Assembly (NCBI GenBank): GCA_051294375.1
Contig: CM119264.1
Location: forward strand, 17,496,278 to 17,560,277
From: Paraspadella gotoi
Taxonomy: Eukaryota; Animalia; Chaetognatha
DNA: 64,000 bases
Direction: 5' to 3'
Below, piece after piece: positions 1-13,775 of this stretch. The notes beneath the pieces are model-generated. The model was given only the letters and a program-made list of their open reading frames with translations. It did no database searches and was not told the DNA's origin. Within the stretch, counting starts at the first letter, position 1; each line of letters starts with the position of its first letter. The position numbers were made by a program, and so were the translations under genes.

Positions 1-337
1 AGGAATTTGTTTATTGAGAAGTAAGCTTTCGTATCTATGGATATAAAATGCTCCAACCAAAGAAGTTCTATGGATCATGCCCTTCTTTTCTTCCTTGATC
101 CTTTTATGTGAATGACCCAAAAGTGACAGAATGGCTTTTCTCTCACATGCGAACTCGGATAACCAAACCATTCAGCAAGTACGCGGACTCCTCACCGCCT
201 CTGATGAAGAAAACGACTTTTTACCATTTCTCAATATCAGCAACAGTCTCTCGATCTCTCTCTCTGTTTCTCTCTCTCTCTCCCTGCCTCTCTATTTATA
301 CGAGTTTACTCGGACGGTGTTACTATCTACGTAACAA

Positions 338-381
<44 letters not shown>

Positions 382-2770
382 AGAAAGAAAGAAAGAAAGA
401 AAGAAGAAGAAAGAAAGAAAGAAAGAAAAAAAAAAAAAAGTAGAGTAAAAAAATTGTACTGTCAGTAAGTGAATCAGAAGAAAATAGGATTAGAAGAATT
501 AGTATAGTGAAACAAGAGAGAGTAAAGTATTGCGTGCATTTAAGAGTAAAATCAAATCACTCAAATCAATCGCTCAAATCTCCGAAGATTGAATTGTTTT
601 CTTTTATTGGCACAAAAAAGTTTTGAAACATTTTTTTTATACAGTTCGCTTCATAATATGAAGAACATGACTGCTAGTGACATAAAAAGTTTAGGGCTGT
701 CATAAATGCCAACATTGATTTTGTCATCAGAACAAAATCGTTTTCTTTCTTAGCAAATTGAAAAAAAAAAACTATCCCGACAAAAAAAGGAAACAACTCA
801 CTTTTTCCCTTTTTTTTTTCTCTTTTCCTTTCTTCTTCTTCTTCTTTTTCTTCTTCAATGTTTGACACAAAGATCATCTTCCTTTCACTTATTTCTCTTC
901 CCCGAATTCTCACCGAGGAAAAAGAGAAAGAAAGAAAAACGAAAAAGACGTCGAAGATGACAGAGACAACGACAACGACGACGACAACAACAACAAAAAG
1001 ACTTTGAGAACTTTGAGAAAATTAATATCTGATCTGATGAAGAGTTTTGATTCAATACATTTTTTGCTTTCTTTTTTTCAACCGCGTCGTTTTTTTTTTC
1101 ATTTTTTTCCTTTTGTTTATACTAAGCCTTACTTTTTTTCAGAATATTATTATCTATATTATTAGTAAAACTTCTATAACAATTCGAATTAGCGATCGAA
1201 ATTTTCTCTGACAAAAATGACGAAGAAGATGAACCACAAAGCTGACCATCAATAACGACGACGATGACAATGACGACGGTGTTTTTTTTGCACTACCCAA
1301 CTCACGAAGGCATAACTTATGGATTATTGGTTTTTTCTTTCGGCAGTCAATTGGAGGCGGTCTTGATTGCGTCAGCACTTCCGGGCAACGTCGTCTCCAC
1401 AGAGAAAGAAGCAGTGAGAGAGACAGAGTGGAGGCTAGAGAAAAAAGACGGCGAGAGAGAGAGAGAGAGAGATTTGGAGAGACTTCGTGATAATTTGAAT
1501 AAATAAGAGAGACTATCAAAGAAACATTATTTCATTTTCGGAACATCAAGCACATATTTTATGAGGCGTATTCTACTTCTGCCTACATGACCTGCCATTT
1601 TGATTAGAATGGAGTTGGTCCACGGAAAGCGGATTTTTGAAAACAGTTTCGTCTCTTACACTTCATGCAGGATAAAAAAATTCTATAAATAGCAAAACGT
1701 AAATAGGGAAAAACCCAAGTAAAAAGAAGAAAAAATTGACAAAAAAAAACCCGTGATTGGCGTTTCTCCCCGATGTTTATGACGGCCATGAATCAAAAGT
1801 CTTGGCGAAGGGTCGGTCCTGTTTATGCCGCGGGCGGATTTCGGGACTCAGGGGAAAAAAGGAGAGGGGACCTGAGGGTGAAGTGATGGCGCTAGAATTT
1901 AGGTGAAAATCCTTTGGTAAGTGAGGGGGAAGAAAAAAGGTGAGTGATGAGTCGCGAGAAAACAGAATGGACATAAATTGACTTGCAAAATAGAAGATGA
2001 AATTTTATACTAATAGCAATCCAAGAATGAAAGGCCTTCTTGATAAGCTTTTAGGTAATATGCACTGTGCGAGAAAAAAGAACGTGATAGAAATTGCGCC
2101 TCGGAATTAATACTGATTATGGTAATAACACGGTCATAACAGCTTGTTTTAAAAATAATGAAAATAGTGAAGTTTACGTTGGCATTCTGCAATATGCATT
2201 GTTTGTAAGTATTTAAATTGACGGAAATTAATTTCATTTTTTATCAACATTAAAAGACAGAATTCAGATTCTCCCCCCTTCAAAAAGTCATTTGGCTAAT
2301 GAAATAACTTTCAGTAATTAGTCTTTTTCAGTCATTTTAAATAGATTTACGCAGTAAATGTATATTCTGTGTTAGAAATTAGTACTACATTTCTAGTTTC
2401 ACTCAATCTTTTTTTACGCACATAGTGTACGTTACTCGTGTTCCATCGGAATCGCGCTCCTTCGCACAATTTTTCCCAACACCCTCTCGCTCTCACTTCC
2501 CGCCATCATCTACAAATATTTTCTTCCTTCTTTCCCATCAAATCCAGGTCAGACAACAAAAGAGTTTCTCGATCCGTCATAATAGTTTATCACCGAAAGG
2601 CGCGGACGGAACCTCGTGGCCGCAGGAGCAGAAATCCAAAAGTATGTGAAGCGACTGAAGCGAGTGAAGCGTGGATGTGACGAAAATAATGTTTCACAGA
2701 TCGAGAGACGCTCAAGTGCAAGAGACTGAGATTATGAAAAGGGAGGAAAGAAGTCATCATCGGGGGGCCT

Positions 2771-2870
2771 GGGAAATGAAAGGAGAAAGTTAAAAAGGAA
2801 ATGAAAGGGAAATGAAAGGAGAAAGTTAAAAAGAAAATGAAAGGGAAATGAAAGGAGAAAGTTAAAAAGG
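2771..2870. repeat. 36-bp purine-rich minisatellite, ~2.7 copies
   Basis: ggaaatgaaaggagaaagttaaaaaggaaatgaaag repeated. Confidence 0.85.
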
Positions 2871-3912
2871 ATGAGGGGATCTAAAGAAGATCCAAAAATT
2901 ATGTCCAAAAATATTTTTTTCAATCCAACAGGTATTAAACTAGGAAAAAAAATTCGTTCAATAAAATTGGGTTTGATGAAATATTTCTTTACTTTTTATC
3001 TTAACTGACATTTTGATTCATACAACAAAACCTTGTTGTCAAGGACTTAGATATATATGTTGTCTAAGATTGGATTCTAAATATTTAACCTTTAAAGTTT
3101 TAGAAAATCTTTAACAAACTGTATTTTACGTTCGGTCTCAACGAGTTCCGTTTTAATTTATCCAATGAGAAAGAGCAAATATATAAAAGCTTGTCTAAAA
3201 AAAAGAGGAAGATTGGAACTCGTAGTGGAAATGACAAATGCCTTTTCTTGGTCCGGACCGCTGCTTCCCGGCTGCAGAGCCGCCTCGGCCGTCTCGGCCG
3301 CCGAGCCGCCTCGGCCGACCCGCCCTCTCGTCTTTGAGGCCTTCCTTTGCCTCTAATGGAATTATTGGCCGAGAAGAAGTAATTGATTCGGGACAACTTG
3401 ATGGTTGTTTACATGAGCGGAGCCAGAACCTCATTGTTCGGAGGAAAGAGCGAAAGAGATAGAGAGAGAGTAAAAATATTAGAGGCGGGGAAAAGAAATG
3501 ACGGGCAGAAGAGTTTTAAAAGGACTGAAGGAAGAGCAGTGCGGCGATTAACAGAGAGAAAGGATGAGATTGGAAAGCGTTGGAAAAGTCGGTATAAAGG
3601 AAGAAAATGGACGACTTATGATTTTAAAATTGAAAAATGATTTATTTATTTACTATCATACATTCAAGTCACACTCCGATAGATAATCGGTGACCCTTCA
3701 CTAAGATCCATTTTCGAGCACCGATTTTGAAAAGCTCCCAGCGCAACCCAAAAAAATGGAGGTCATACCCCTTCGCAACCCAGATATCGGTTTTTCAATA
3801 ACGGATTCATAATCGATGTGCCCATGCAAATCACTGACAAAGAGAGAGCGAGAGAAAGAGAGGAGAGAACGAGGAAGAGAGAGAGAGCAGCAGAGATTCT
3901 CTTTTGGCTAAA

Positions 3913-3961
<49 letters not shown>

Positions 3962-4883
3962 TCTCTCTCTCTCTCTCTCTCTCTCGCTCTCTCTCTCTCT
4001 TCGCGTCAGTTTTTCTCATTTCTTTTGTTCCATCCTTCTCCTCCTCCGTCTTTTTTAACTTCCTCGAGTCAGTAAGGGTCTTACCTTCTTCTATTCTTCG
4101 GCTCGAAAGAGGGTAAGTTTTTCCCCACTCCGATTTGATAGCCCCTCAACCAACCTTCCACCGCCTCCTCCTCCTCCCAGCCTCCCACTTTTCTCTCCAC
4201 GGATTCTTCATTGCAGCGGATGTCGTTAGTAGTGCCATTTGTTCTTTCCTCTTTCCTCGGGCCAAAGGTCGATGGATGATCCGAATTTATTGTCCAGACA
4301 CGAATCCGAGAAAGAAGATGCCGGAGGTTAAGGAGGGGGATTGGCCAGATCGGGTGTCGGCGAAAGGGATGGGAAGATTAANNNNNNNNNNTTGGCCAGA
4401 ATTTTTGGAGAGAGATCGTAGATAACAGGCTTCCCCGGGTTCGGTTTGGCTTTTTCTGGCATTTAGATTTTTAGGAATGGTGTTCGAAGAATGCTCGACT
4501 TGTACAAAGTGTCCAAAGGCTAAGCCACAAGAAAGTTAAAGCTCTAATATACACATTCTTTTAGCTGTTTAAAAATTGAATTAAGGAAAAAACTGTTTAT
4601 TGGAGAAACACAAACTGAGTAAACGGACCAAGGTGGTGACTTCACAGGAAAATGGTGAAAGAAGTGACTTCGGAGTGGAGCGTGATCCGTTGAGAGAGTT
4701 CAAAGCGAAAAGGAAGGAAGTACACGGAAGCGAGGCCAAGCTCTCTCTCTCTCTCTCTCTCTTCTCTTTCTATCTCTTTTCCTCTCTCTCTCTCTCTCTC
4801 TTCTCTCCTCTCTCTCTTTCTCTCCTGTTATCATTATGCTTCGTATAAAACACGAGCGAAAGAGCGCGAACAAAAACCGAAAG

Positions 4884-4976
<93 letters not shown>

Positions 4977-5657
4977 TTCTTCTATTACAGATTAGTTGTT
5001 TCATCCTTTTTTTTTCTTTCTCCATTGTTTTCTTTCATTCATAATTTTCTTCACACTTTGCTTTCTTTGCGTCTCTCATTATTCATGACGCCAGCCTTCC
5101 GGTTAATGAAATGCAAAAAAAATCTCTGAAAAAAATATGGTGCTACGCCGTAGCTACGGGTAAAGACGATTTCTTAGCAGTATTAGCTCGCGAAAGTTTC
5201 TCGAAATCCGAAGCACGCAAGCTTCATATAAAATCAAATTTTATTCTATCCAAACTAAGTCATAGAAACAAGCGCTGCCTAAAATCAGGACGAATGAAAA
5301 CAACGGAAGGTAATAAAGTTCATTAACGCGTAAAACGTCTTTTGTACATAGTCACGAGTATGTTACACTATTTTTTTCTTCTTCACAAGATGAATCAGAT
5401 AACATTGTTTGGCTAATTAAAGGGTCTGTGGGCAGTCGTTTTTTTTTCAAACCATGATCACTATGATTAAATGATAGCGCTATGATTGGACACTCGATGG
5501 ACAATGTCGATAATTCATTTTCGCCTAATACGAGTTGAGAACTGATTCGGCGTCTCTCAGGGTTTGGTTCACGGTTTTATCTCTGTAAAGAAATCAAGGA
5601 TTGGGATTATTCATCGTTCATCTTCCCTTCTTACCTTCTCTCCTCACTGTCCCTCAC

Positions 5658-5758
5658 CTGGGTGGCGCCTCGCTGATTTCGATGTCGAACTTCATCTTCG
5701 TTTCCTTCGGCATCTCCACCACCTCCTCGATCGTCACGTGATCGTCGACGCACGCCGT
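5658..5758 (-). CDS. Isolated internal exon, unknown gene
   Basis: Acceptor ttttttcttcaaaatccag|ACG, donor CCC AG|gtgagg. 101 nt with coding-like GC3: TACVDDHVTIEEVVEMPKETKMKFDIEISEAPP. Confidence 0.5.
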
Positions 5759-6817
5759 CTGGATTTTGAAGAAAAAACAAACGAACAAACGGATGACGTA
5801 TGCCTTTATATTTAAATAAATATGTTATGCAAATGATGATCTTGATGTCGGTAATAAAAATATCATTGGAAGTAATTTAAGTAATCATTATTTCTAATTT
5901 TTTTTTGTCCTAACGAAGGAAACCCGACTGTTGCCATAGACTTGTATTTTTGTGAATTTGAACAAAAAATTGAAATTGTAAAAAAAAACAACTATATTTC
6001 TTGATTCAAGGCAGAGTCGTGATGGACAAGTGATCGACACCAAATTTTTCATCTTGCTACTCCAATTTTCTTCTCTCCTCTTCTCTCCTCCGCAGTCCAC
6101 CTCTCCCTCCCCTCCGCTATCCACCCACCCCGCGCTGCCCCGCTGCCCCCCTGCCCCCCCTTCTTTCTCTGACCTCCAATGTTTTGAGTCTTCTCTCGAA
6201 GATTTGGTTGGCCATCAAGAGATGGAACTTTCCGACTCCTGATGACATGTTTGTGGAGGTGCGGAAGGGGGAGGCGCGGGCCGACCCTTCCCCGGTCGAG
6301 TGCCTTCAAAGATCGAAGATTATGTGGAAATCACTTTAACGATCAACTCATCGAACGTCATTAAACCGGCTAATGATGTAATTTTATCGTTAAAATATTT
6401 CTACACGTAAATAAGAAATATTTTTTTAAAAAAATTGTGTTTTCATACATGAATCTTGAACCGTCAAGCTTCCTTCTCTCTCTGAAGGCGGCTCTGCTGG
6501 TCAAAGTTGCGCCGAGCGGCGGAGTTTCTCTCGCGCTGCGGCGCAGGACGCGAGCTGAGCTGACCTGAGAAATAAAAAGATTTTCAAATCCGGATCCCAA
6601 ATATTCTCGCCTTGTATTTGGTATTTTAAAAGCAAAAAAGAGTATGGTTGCTCTTCTTTCCCTCCCTGTTTTTTACCCCTTTCAACCATCTAATATTATC
6701 AAGCTGTCTTTTTCAATTTGGAGAAATTTCTCGAGATTGTTCTCTTCGGCTTTGGGGTCGCGCCATCAATTCCAGCCGTCTCTCTCTCTATCGCCCGCTC
6801 CGGAATATAATACAAAA

Positions 6818-6919
6818 TGTTTGATAAAATTTAATGATATATCTTAACAATAATTCAATTCGTCTTTTGTTTGATAAAATTTAATGATATATCTTAACAA
6901 TAATTCAATTCGTCTTTTG
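6818..6919. repeat. Perfect 50-bp tandem duplication
   Basis: tttgataaaatttaatgatatatcttaacaataattcaattcgtcttttg x2. Confidence 0.95.
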
Positions 6920-9730
6920 AAACCCTATAGAATTTCAAACTATTTTTACTTTTTGATTTTACTCTTCCTTTCGCCTTTACTCCCCCTTTACCCCACAAAG
7001 TGCACATCCATCCCCAATGTCCCACAGCCTTCTTACCCCTCCCCAGGTTTGGACGGGAAACCCATCCAAACTCGGGTAGTGCAGCATTTTCGACCGGTGG
7101 ACAAGAACTTTGTCCGATCTTGTCTAAAAAGGATTAAAATGTTTTATTAGTATTTTCCTGGTTAATTGAATATTTAGTATTTTTGAAAGTATTCCCGACG
7201 AAAAAGATTTACTCATTCTTGCAATCAAACTTGTACTTAGAAGAAAAAATTTAAGTGAAAGCAAATAAATTAAACATTAAAAATCCTTAAAAATTGTATA
7301 GTTTAATAAAATTGAGAGAGAAAACAAAGTTAATTTTTGTTTTCAAACAACGAGTTTTATTTGTCGAACATGTTTCGACTCTTTTTCGAGTCTTCTTCAG
7401 AGCAATTTGAACTTACAAAAATATTTGCCAAACATTCTCTCTCAATTTAAAAACGCAACGAAACGAAAGTCTTTTCACTATATCACTAAGTTTAATTTAA
7501 AAAAAAAAGAAAGAAAAAACTTTTTCGCTTTTCCTTTTTAGAATTTTAGAGTTCCGACACAACATGGGGTTGCACGCAATTATTTGCTTTATATTTTTTT
7601 TCGCTCCGATTTTTCAACCTCTTTTATTGTGATTAAAAAAACAAAGATTTCTTTAAAAATTGAAAATATTTCACGTCGAATCGGATTTGTAAACGGCGCA
7701 TCTGTATGTTGATTCGATGGGGTAAAAATGACTTCATTCGCCTCTTAGATTTTCGAATGATCTTTCAGCCTGAATCCTTCTGTTTCTTGTAGATTCAATT
7801 TGTGGAGGCGTTTTTTTGCTGCCGCTGACGCCGCCGGCTCCGCCGCCGACGCTGCCGACGCAGCAGCCGCAATCGTCAGATAGCTTCTTCCAGCGTCTTC
7901 GAAACGGTAGGCTCTCACGTCCTTGGCCTTCCAACCTCCGAAAGTATCGAAGCTTTTTGTTTATGATCGAATTCCGGTAGAAGATGGCGTGTTGGTTGTT
8001 TCCAGATTTTTTTTTCACGTCAGAGAAATGACACGGTCACGAATCGACGGGAAATATTATTCACTGAAACAAAATCTTACAGAAGCGTAAATTCGTTTAA
8101 CTTAGGATTTAAGTTTTGATTGGCTGGTGATTTATTTCCTTCGTTCATTGATTTACCGTCAAAGTTTATCTTTCAATTCGATCGATTCGAGATTTTTTCC
8201 TGTTGGAATTTCGCCGGCTTCTTGACTTCATAGATGGGCGTCCGTGCGAAGGTAGATACAAACCTCTCGACTTTGAAGTTGTTAGGTGAAAGACTAAAGT
8301 GGCGTGTACCGTTTGGTGCGAAGCGTAGCATAAAGTGAAACCAATTCGCTGTGTGCACAAAAAAGCTCATGTTCCGACTTGTAAAATTTACCGACATTAA
8401 AATTAACTTTCAAGTATGATTATCCCCATATTATCAAATCATATCACCGTCTTACCATATAACCACATTACCAGACGCCCAAGTGTGAGTCACTAATAAT
8501 TATAAATAAAATTAATCATTTTCGTAGTCTGACGAGAATTTACCTAATTAACCAACTTTTTCTTTTAAAAATTGTACTCTCTTATTTCGTTCTTCCCAAG
8601 ATAAGATTCGCCTCAGGATGCCTTCATCTCTGCCACACAGAGAGAGAGAGAGAGAGGAGAAATAGAGAGAGAGAGAGAGATGAGAGAGGAGAGAGGAGGA
8701 GAGAAGTGAGAAGAAGAGAGAGGAGACAGAGATGAGAGAGAGAGAGAAAAAAAATCTTAAACCGATATGCATTTTTTTTATATATTTCATTTCATTTCTC
8801 TAATTATTCTTAACAAATCTTCGTCGTAGTATTTTTCATGAAACCCCAACATTGTTTTTGAATTTTCTTTTAGTTACTATACTGTATTTAATTTCAAAGT
8901 TACTTGTTTCTCTATTTTCAATATACATATTTATTATATTTGTTATTTTAACCTTCCGTGTCCATTTTAGGCTATGACAAAAAAATCTTTAGCATTCAGT
9001 TAATTTGTTTTATTTGGTCAACAATTTCTAGGTTTTTTATCATAATGTAACTTTAATTCTAGTAGAATATGTTATTTTTTTTCGTGATAAGTAAAATTCT
9101 ACGTGCACCTCGATCACCTCTTTTACCTTGTTTTCCAGTATATTTTTTTAAATAACATTTTTATCGCCAAAAAGACCATAAAAAATTTAACCACTCTCTT
9201 CTGCACTGATTGTAGAATATAAATATAAATCCATATAAAAGTGAAATATTTTATAATATTTTATAATGTATATTGTTTATTGTATAATGTATATTGTGGC
9301 GGAGAGGATATAATTATATTTCTTATAAACTTAAGACGGCCTTTGTCTTTTGTTTGATTTTTCTTTTCGGTCGGATGAGACATCCGGTGTCTATTCACCG
9401 AAAGAAACAGCTATTTTGTTTTCTTAATAATTCTTCATAAAAATGTGGTAAGGAAAAATTTCAATTAGTAAAAATTTGTCATTACAACAATACTTAGGAG
9501 CAATTGTGCAATATGCGACAAAGCATATAAATCATGAAGTGTATTTTGATTTTTATTGCAATAGTGAGATCGTCGTTGCTATAATTTTTATAACAACACA
9601 TTTTTTATAGCTCTGACATGTTACAATTGCATACGTTAAATACCAACAACTGTTAGATTCCTTCTAATGTACTTTTTCCTTTGTGTATTAAAAGAATTAT
9701 CGATTCAGAACTTTGACAAATTGTTATTAA

Positions 9731-9772
9731 GCGCTGATGAAGATTTGTAACAAAGTCGAAACATGTACAGTA
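9731..9772 (+). ncRNA. Minimal type-I hammerhead ribozyme-like motif (Penelope-like element remnant)
   Basis: CTGATGA (9734-9740), imperfect stem II gatttg/caaagtc, GAAA (9758-9761), palindromic CATG, then TA|CAG. AATAAA lies ~20 nt downstream. Confidence 0.55.
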
Positions 9773-9938
9773 TACATTGTACACTAAATAAAAACTATCG
9801 TTGTTGCCAAAAACAAAATTCGGTTGTTTTTTTTTTCAATTAGACTATACTATTCTCATTCTTAATAATTAAAAACATCTTAATTAATACATTTATTGGG
9901 ACTTTTCAAAAAGCAACAATCGTTGAACAACAAAATAG

Positions 9939-10041
<103 letters not shown>

Positions 10042-10702
10042 TCGAAAATACGAACGACACTTTGGAGAGAAGAAATTAACTGACACGTTTTTACGTCAAC
10101 AAGAAAACAAGGATTGAGAATTAAGGGAGGAAGGGGAATAAATGTTGCAGAGAAACAACCTGGTTCTTAAGATACCGACGACGACGACTTTATTTTTTAT
10201 TGTGTCTTACAGATAGACTAAATTACTTTTTTCAGCGTAAAGATATTTTAAAATTTATTTCAAAAACGATTAGTCTTGGACTGTTTTGGCTTGTGCATAA
10301 ACTTCGACATTTTATATTTCCGTTAAAGCTCACTCATGCGGTACAAGTTGTATCCTAAAGTAAATAGAAATACATTTTACGGAAGAAAAAAAATATGAAT
10401 TAAATGGAGCAAATAAATCTTAAATTTTAAAATTCTGCAAGCTTTTTCCCAAAAAAATTTTAATTTCAAATAAACTGTAACTGAAAATACAAAAAAATAT
10501 ATTTACCAAGATCAGTTAACAAATTGTCTCATAAAACATATACCGCAGATCTTTGATATAATTGTTTAATCGTTGCGATTTACAACAAGCTGATGGGTTT
10601 TCCGAGGATGATAACAAAAAAAATTCAACAAACAATTAATTTCCACTTTTCGATTGCACGCCACTCATAATTTCATTTCAATTTCACAATTTGTTATCAT
10701 AT

Positions 10703-10937
10703 TCACAAATATTCTGAGTGATTGGCCCAATACGAATTTTCGCCCAAGACTCCTCCGTTGGGCGCCTGGGAGTCGGAGAGCGAATGGGTCATGCCGAGCC
10801 CAATCGTCGTCGTCATCCCTATCGTCGTCGTCATTCCGGACGTCGTCGTCGTCGTCGTCGCCGGCGTGGTCGTCGGATGGTAGGCGCTCTCCACGCCGGA
10901 AAGCAAATGCTGGTTCAGGGGCCAACCCAGGGTCGAA
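10703..10937 (-). CDS. IgSF gene probable terminal coding exon
   Basis: Acceptor ctctttcttcccacag|T (phase 2). STLGWPLNQHLLSGVESAYHPTTTPATTTTTTSGMTTTIGMTTTIGLGMTHSLSDSQAPNGGVLGENSYWANHSEYL-stop, followed by AT-rich UTR-like sequence. Confidence 0.55.
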
Positions 10938-11386
10938 CTGTGGGAAGAAAGAGCGTAATATTCCAAAAGTATTTGTTTTTATTATCTGCAGGACTCGGTT
11001 TGTTTTCTATCTTTATTTTTACTTACAGCATTTACATTAGTTACTAACTCACTATATTCCATTTACAAGTGAATCTTTGTTTACTGTTTCGTTGTATTTT
11101 TTTCTTCTCAATTCTTTTATATTTCTTCCGAGTCTCTTGGCTTTATTGAATCCCTCAATAATTCCTCTCTTATTCCTCAACAAAGAATATAACGTGCCGG
11201 TTCAAGAATCAACGGAAGGTCGGACCGCGGAGCAAAGAGGACAAAAAAATGATTTTTCTGTTTGGAGAGAACAATGGTGGGGGGTGGGAAAATACTTGGG
11301 GGAAAAACCATTGGACCATGGGAAGGGGACTGGGCGTGTGGGAAAGCTGTATAACTGTAGTATCATCATTTAAGCTCGGAAATGAG

Positions 11387-11476
<90 letters not shown>

Positions 11477-12007
11477 CGTAGCCAAGATCATATTGTCGCC
11501 TTTTATGGAGGCGCTCGTCGGTGAAATGTCGTCCTCGTTTTCATCATCATCTTCAAACTATCGTCGCTGGAATCGGGATGGGAGTCATTTGGTGTCGTCG
11601 GCCGTCGTCGTCATCTTCATCGTTGTCGTTGTTATCATCAACATTATCATCATCTCTTATAACTCAAAACTTGTTGTTTTTTTTTAACATTTTCGATTTC
11701 GATTCCATCTGCGATGATAATATCAATAAGCAAAAAAGTCACAAATTGTTGACAGAATCAAATATTCCCCCGGAATCTCTCTTAGGTTTTTCCCTCACTC
11801 ACTCTCGCTCACATTCATCGCTCTCTCGTTACTCCGGGTTCTCTTCTCAGCGATCCGACTGTCATCTCGGTAAAACGTTCTCTCCTTTATTGTCACTCTC
11901 TTCCCTTTGTCCTCCCGCAGTCTTTGTTAAACGTCTTCCCTCGTCATGTCCCGCGACATCCCATCCAGGAGCGAGCATCGCTCGTCCAACTCGGCAGAGT
12001 GAGTCAC

Positions 12008-12130
12008 CTGTTGTTTAGATTGTGCAAATCGCAGGAGGGCGATGCCACGAGCTGCGTCTGGGAATTTATTTGATGGCAGAAATCGTGAGCCGAATGGGAG
12101 GTTGTGAAGTAAATGGGGCTCAGCTCCGTC
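12008..12130 (-). CDS. IgSF gene cytoplasmic-tail exon (probable)
   Basis: (CT)n tract then ccactgacag|G, donor AAC AG|gtgact. 123 nt, phase 2 to 2. [40 protein letters not shown]. Phase fits the downstream exon but not the upstream one. Confidence 0.55.
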
Positions 12131-12137
12131 CTGTCAG

Positions 12138-12232
<95 letters not shown>

Positions 12233-13442
12233 GTAGAGAGGGGAAAAAATAAAAAAATCCTAATTTTTTTCCCCAACGACGAACATTGTCATTGGGAATT
12301 TAGAGTTTCTATATTTTTCTTATTCTTTCTTATATCATTTTTTTCATTTAATTTCACATATATAATTTTGATGGCCTCTTGTTTTTTATAAATATCTTTT
12401 ACATAATTTTAACCAGTTAATAAGATTTAAAATCTTTTGAGATAAGTATAATTATAAAAAAGGGATATATGAATGAAGAATACAATTGAAACATTTACCT
12501 AATTGGCTATAGGATCGGAATGGAATCTTTCCTGCAATGAATCTTTTACGATTTTGTTTTTCTTGCAAATTATACCTTTAGCCCTTACCTTTTGTATTTT
12601 TTTTCTAATTTAATCGGAAAAGTTTCTTTTTCTCAACAGTAGGAGGCGTCTTTCTTTCTCAATCTTTTCTTTACGTCCCCTTTTTTCGACTTTTCCCCCG
12701 CGGCTTTCTTTTTGTTTCGTTTTCGGTTTTACGGCGCGAGGCCGCGGATCAGTTTCCTTTCAAATTGCTTTCCCCTCCTCTTCCTCGATGCCACCTTTCT
12801 CTACTTCCCAGAACCACTTATCCAAGATCCTGGCCTCCACTTCGCCAAACCTTCCTACTACCCCACTTTACCCAGGCATCCCAAGCCATCTCTTTCTCAC
12901 CATTCTTTGTTCAAGCCACTCAAAGCCACCACTCCAAGCCTCCTAAGGTTACCCTTTAAGCCTCCCGACACCATCTTTTCAAAGCCTTTCGACATCGCCT
13001 CTACAAAACCCCCAAGGTTCCCACCATCGCCACTTCGAGTCTCGTAAAGCCTTTCCACGCCTCTCAACGCCGATGCTGAAAAGAGCTGCCAAGAGTCGCG
13101 ACTTCTCTTCAACCTGCGCCTTTTAAAATCTTGGGCTTTCAACGCTGATCCATCTTCGACCTCGAACGGATATCCTTCTCGTTTTTCCCCCTTCGAACTT
13201 TTCCTTCTGAACTTTTTAGCTTTGAGCCTTCCTTGCTGATCCTTACCCAGTTGATCCTTTCCCCGCTGATCCTTCCCTGAAGATCCGTTTCCAGTATCCA
13301 GTTCCCAACGTTCCTCCCTTTTAACTCTTTCCCATCCCAGTTCCCACCGTCTCCAACATAAAGCGATCTTTTCGACTCCATCCGATTCTCGCCCGCGACG
13401 ATAACAACAACAACAACAACAACAACGACGACAACGACCCAC

Positions 13443-13775
13443 CGTCGACGACGGGACTCTTCCCCTGATTCTGCTCGACGCTTCGATGTCTCCTCAACGT
13501 GAAATCCACGTAAGCGTCGAGTCCGTTCTGCGAGGGCGCCAGAGATGGCGCCAGTGACGGCGCAAGGGTGGAGCCGAGCGTCGAGGCCATGGACGGCGGC
13601 AGCATCGTCGAATCGGTGGAGGCGAAGGAAGGGCTGTAGGGCACGCCGGCGGCCGCGTGGGCTACGGCAGCGGCCGAGTGCGCCGAGTAAGGGTTGAGAT
13701 GTGACATGGAACATCCCGACGCGTTGGTGAGTGAGGATAAATGATTGGTGGAGCTCGAAGTAGAAAAGAAGTAGC
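13443..13775 (-). CDS. IgSF gene cytoplasmic-tail exon
   Basis: Acceptor ctctttttcctccttcag|GC, donor GAC G|gtgggt. 333 nt, phase 1 to 1, GC-rich. GYFFSTSSSTNHLSS...LAPSLAPSLAPSQNGLDAYVDFTLRRHRSVEQNQGKSPVVD. Confidence 0.7.

Noticed and set aside
6202-6258. Possible plus-strand exon IWLAIKRWNFPTPDDMFVE
   Set aside because: Weak splice sites, no linked exon and no recognisable motif.
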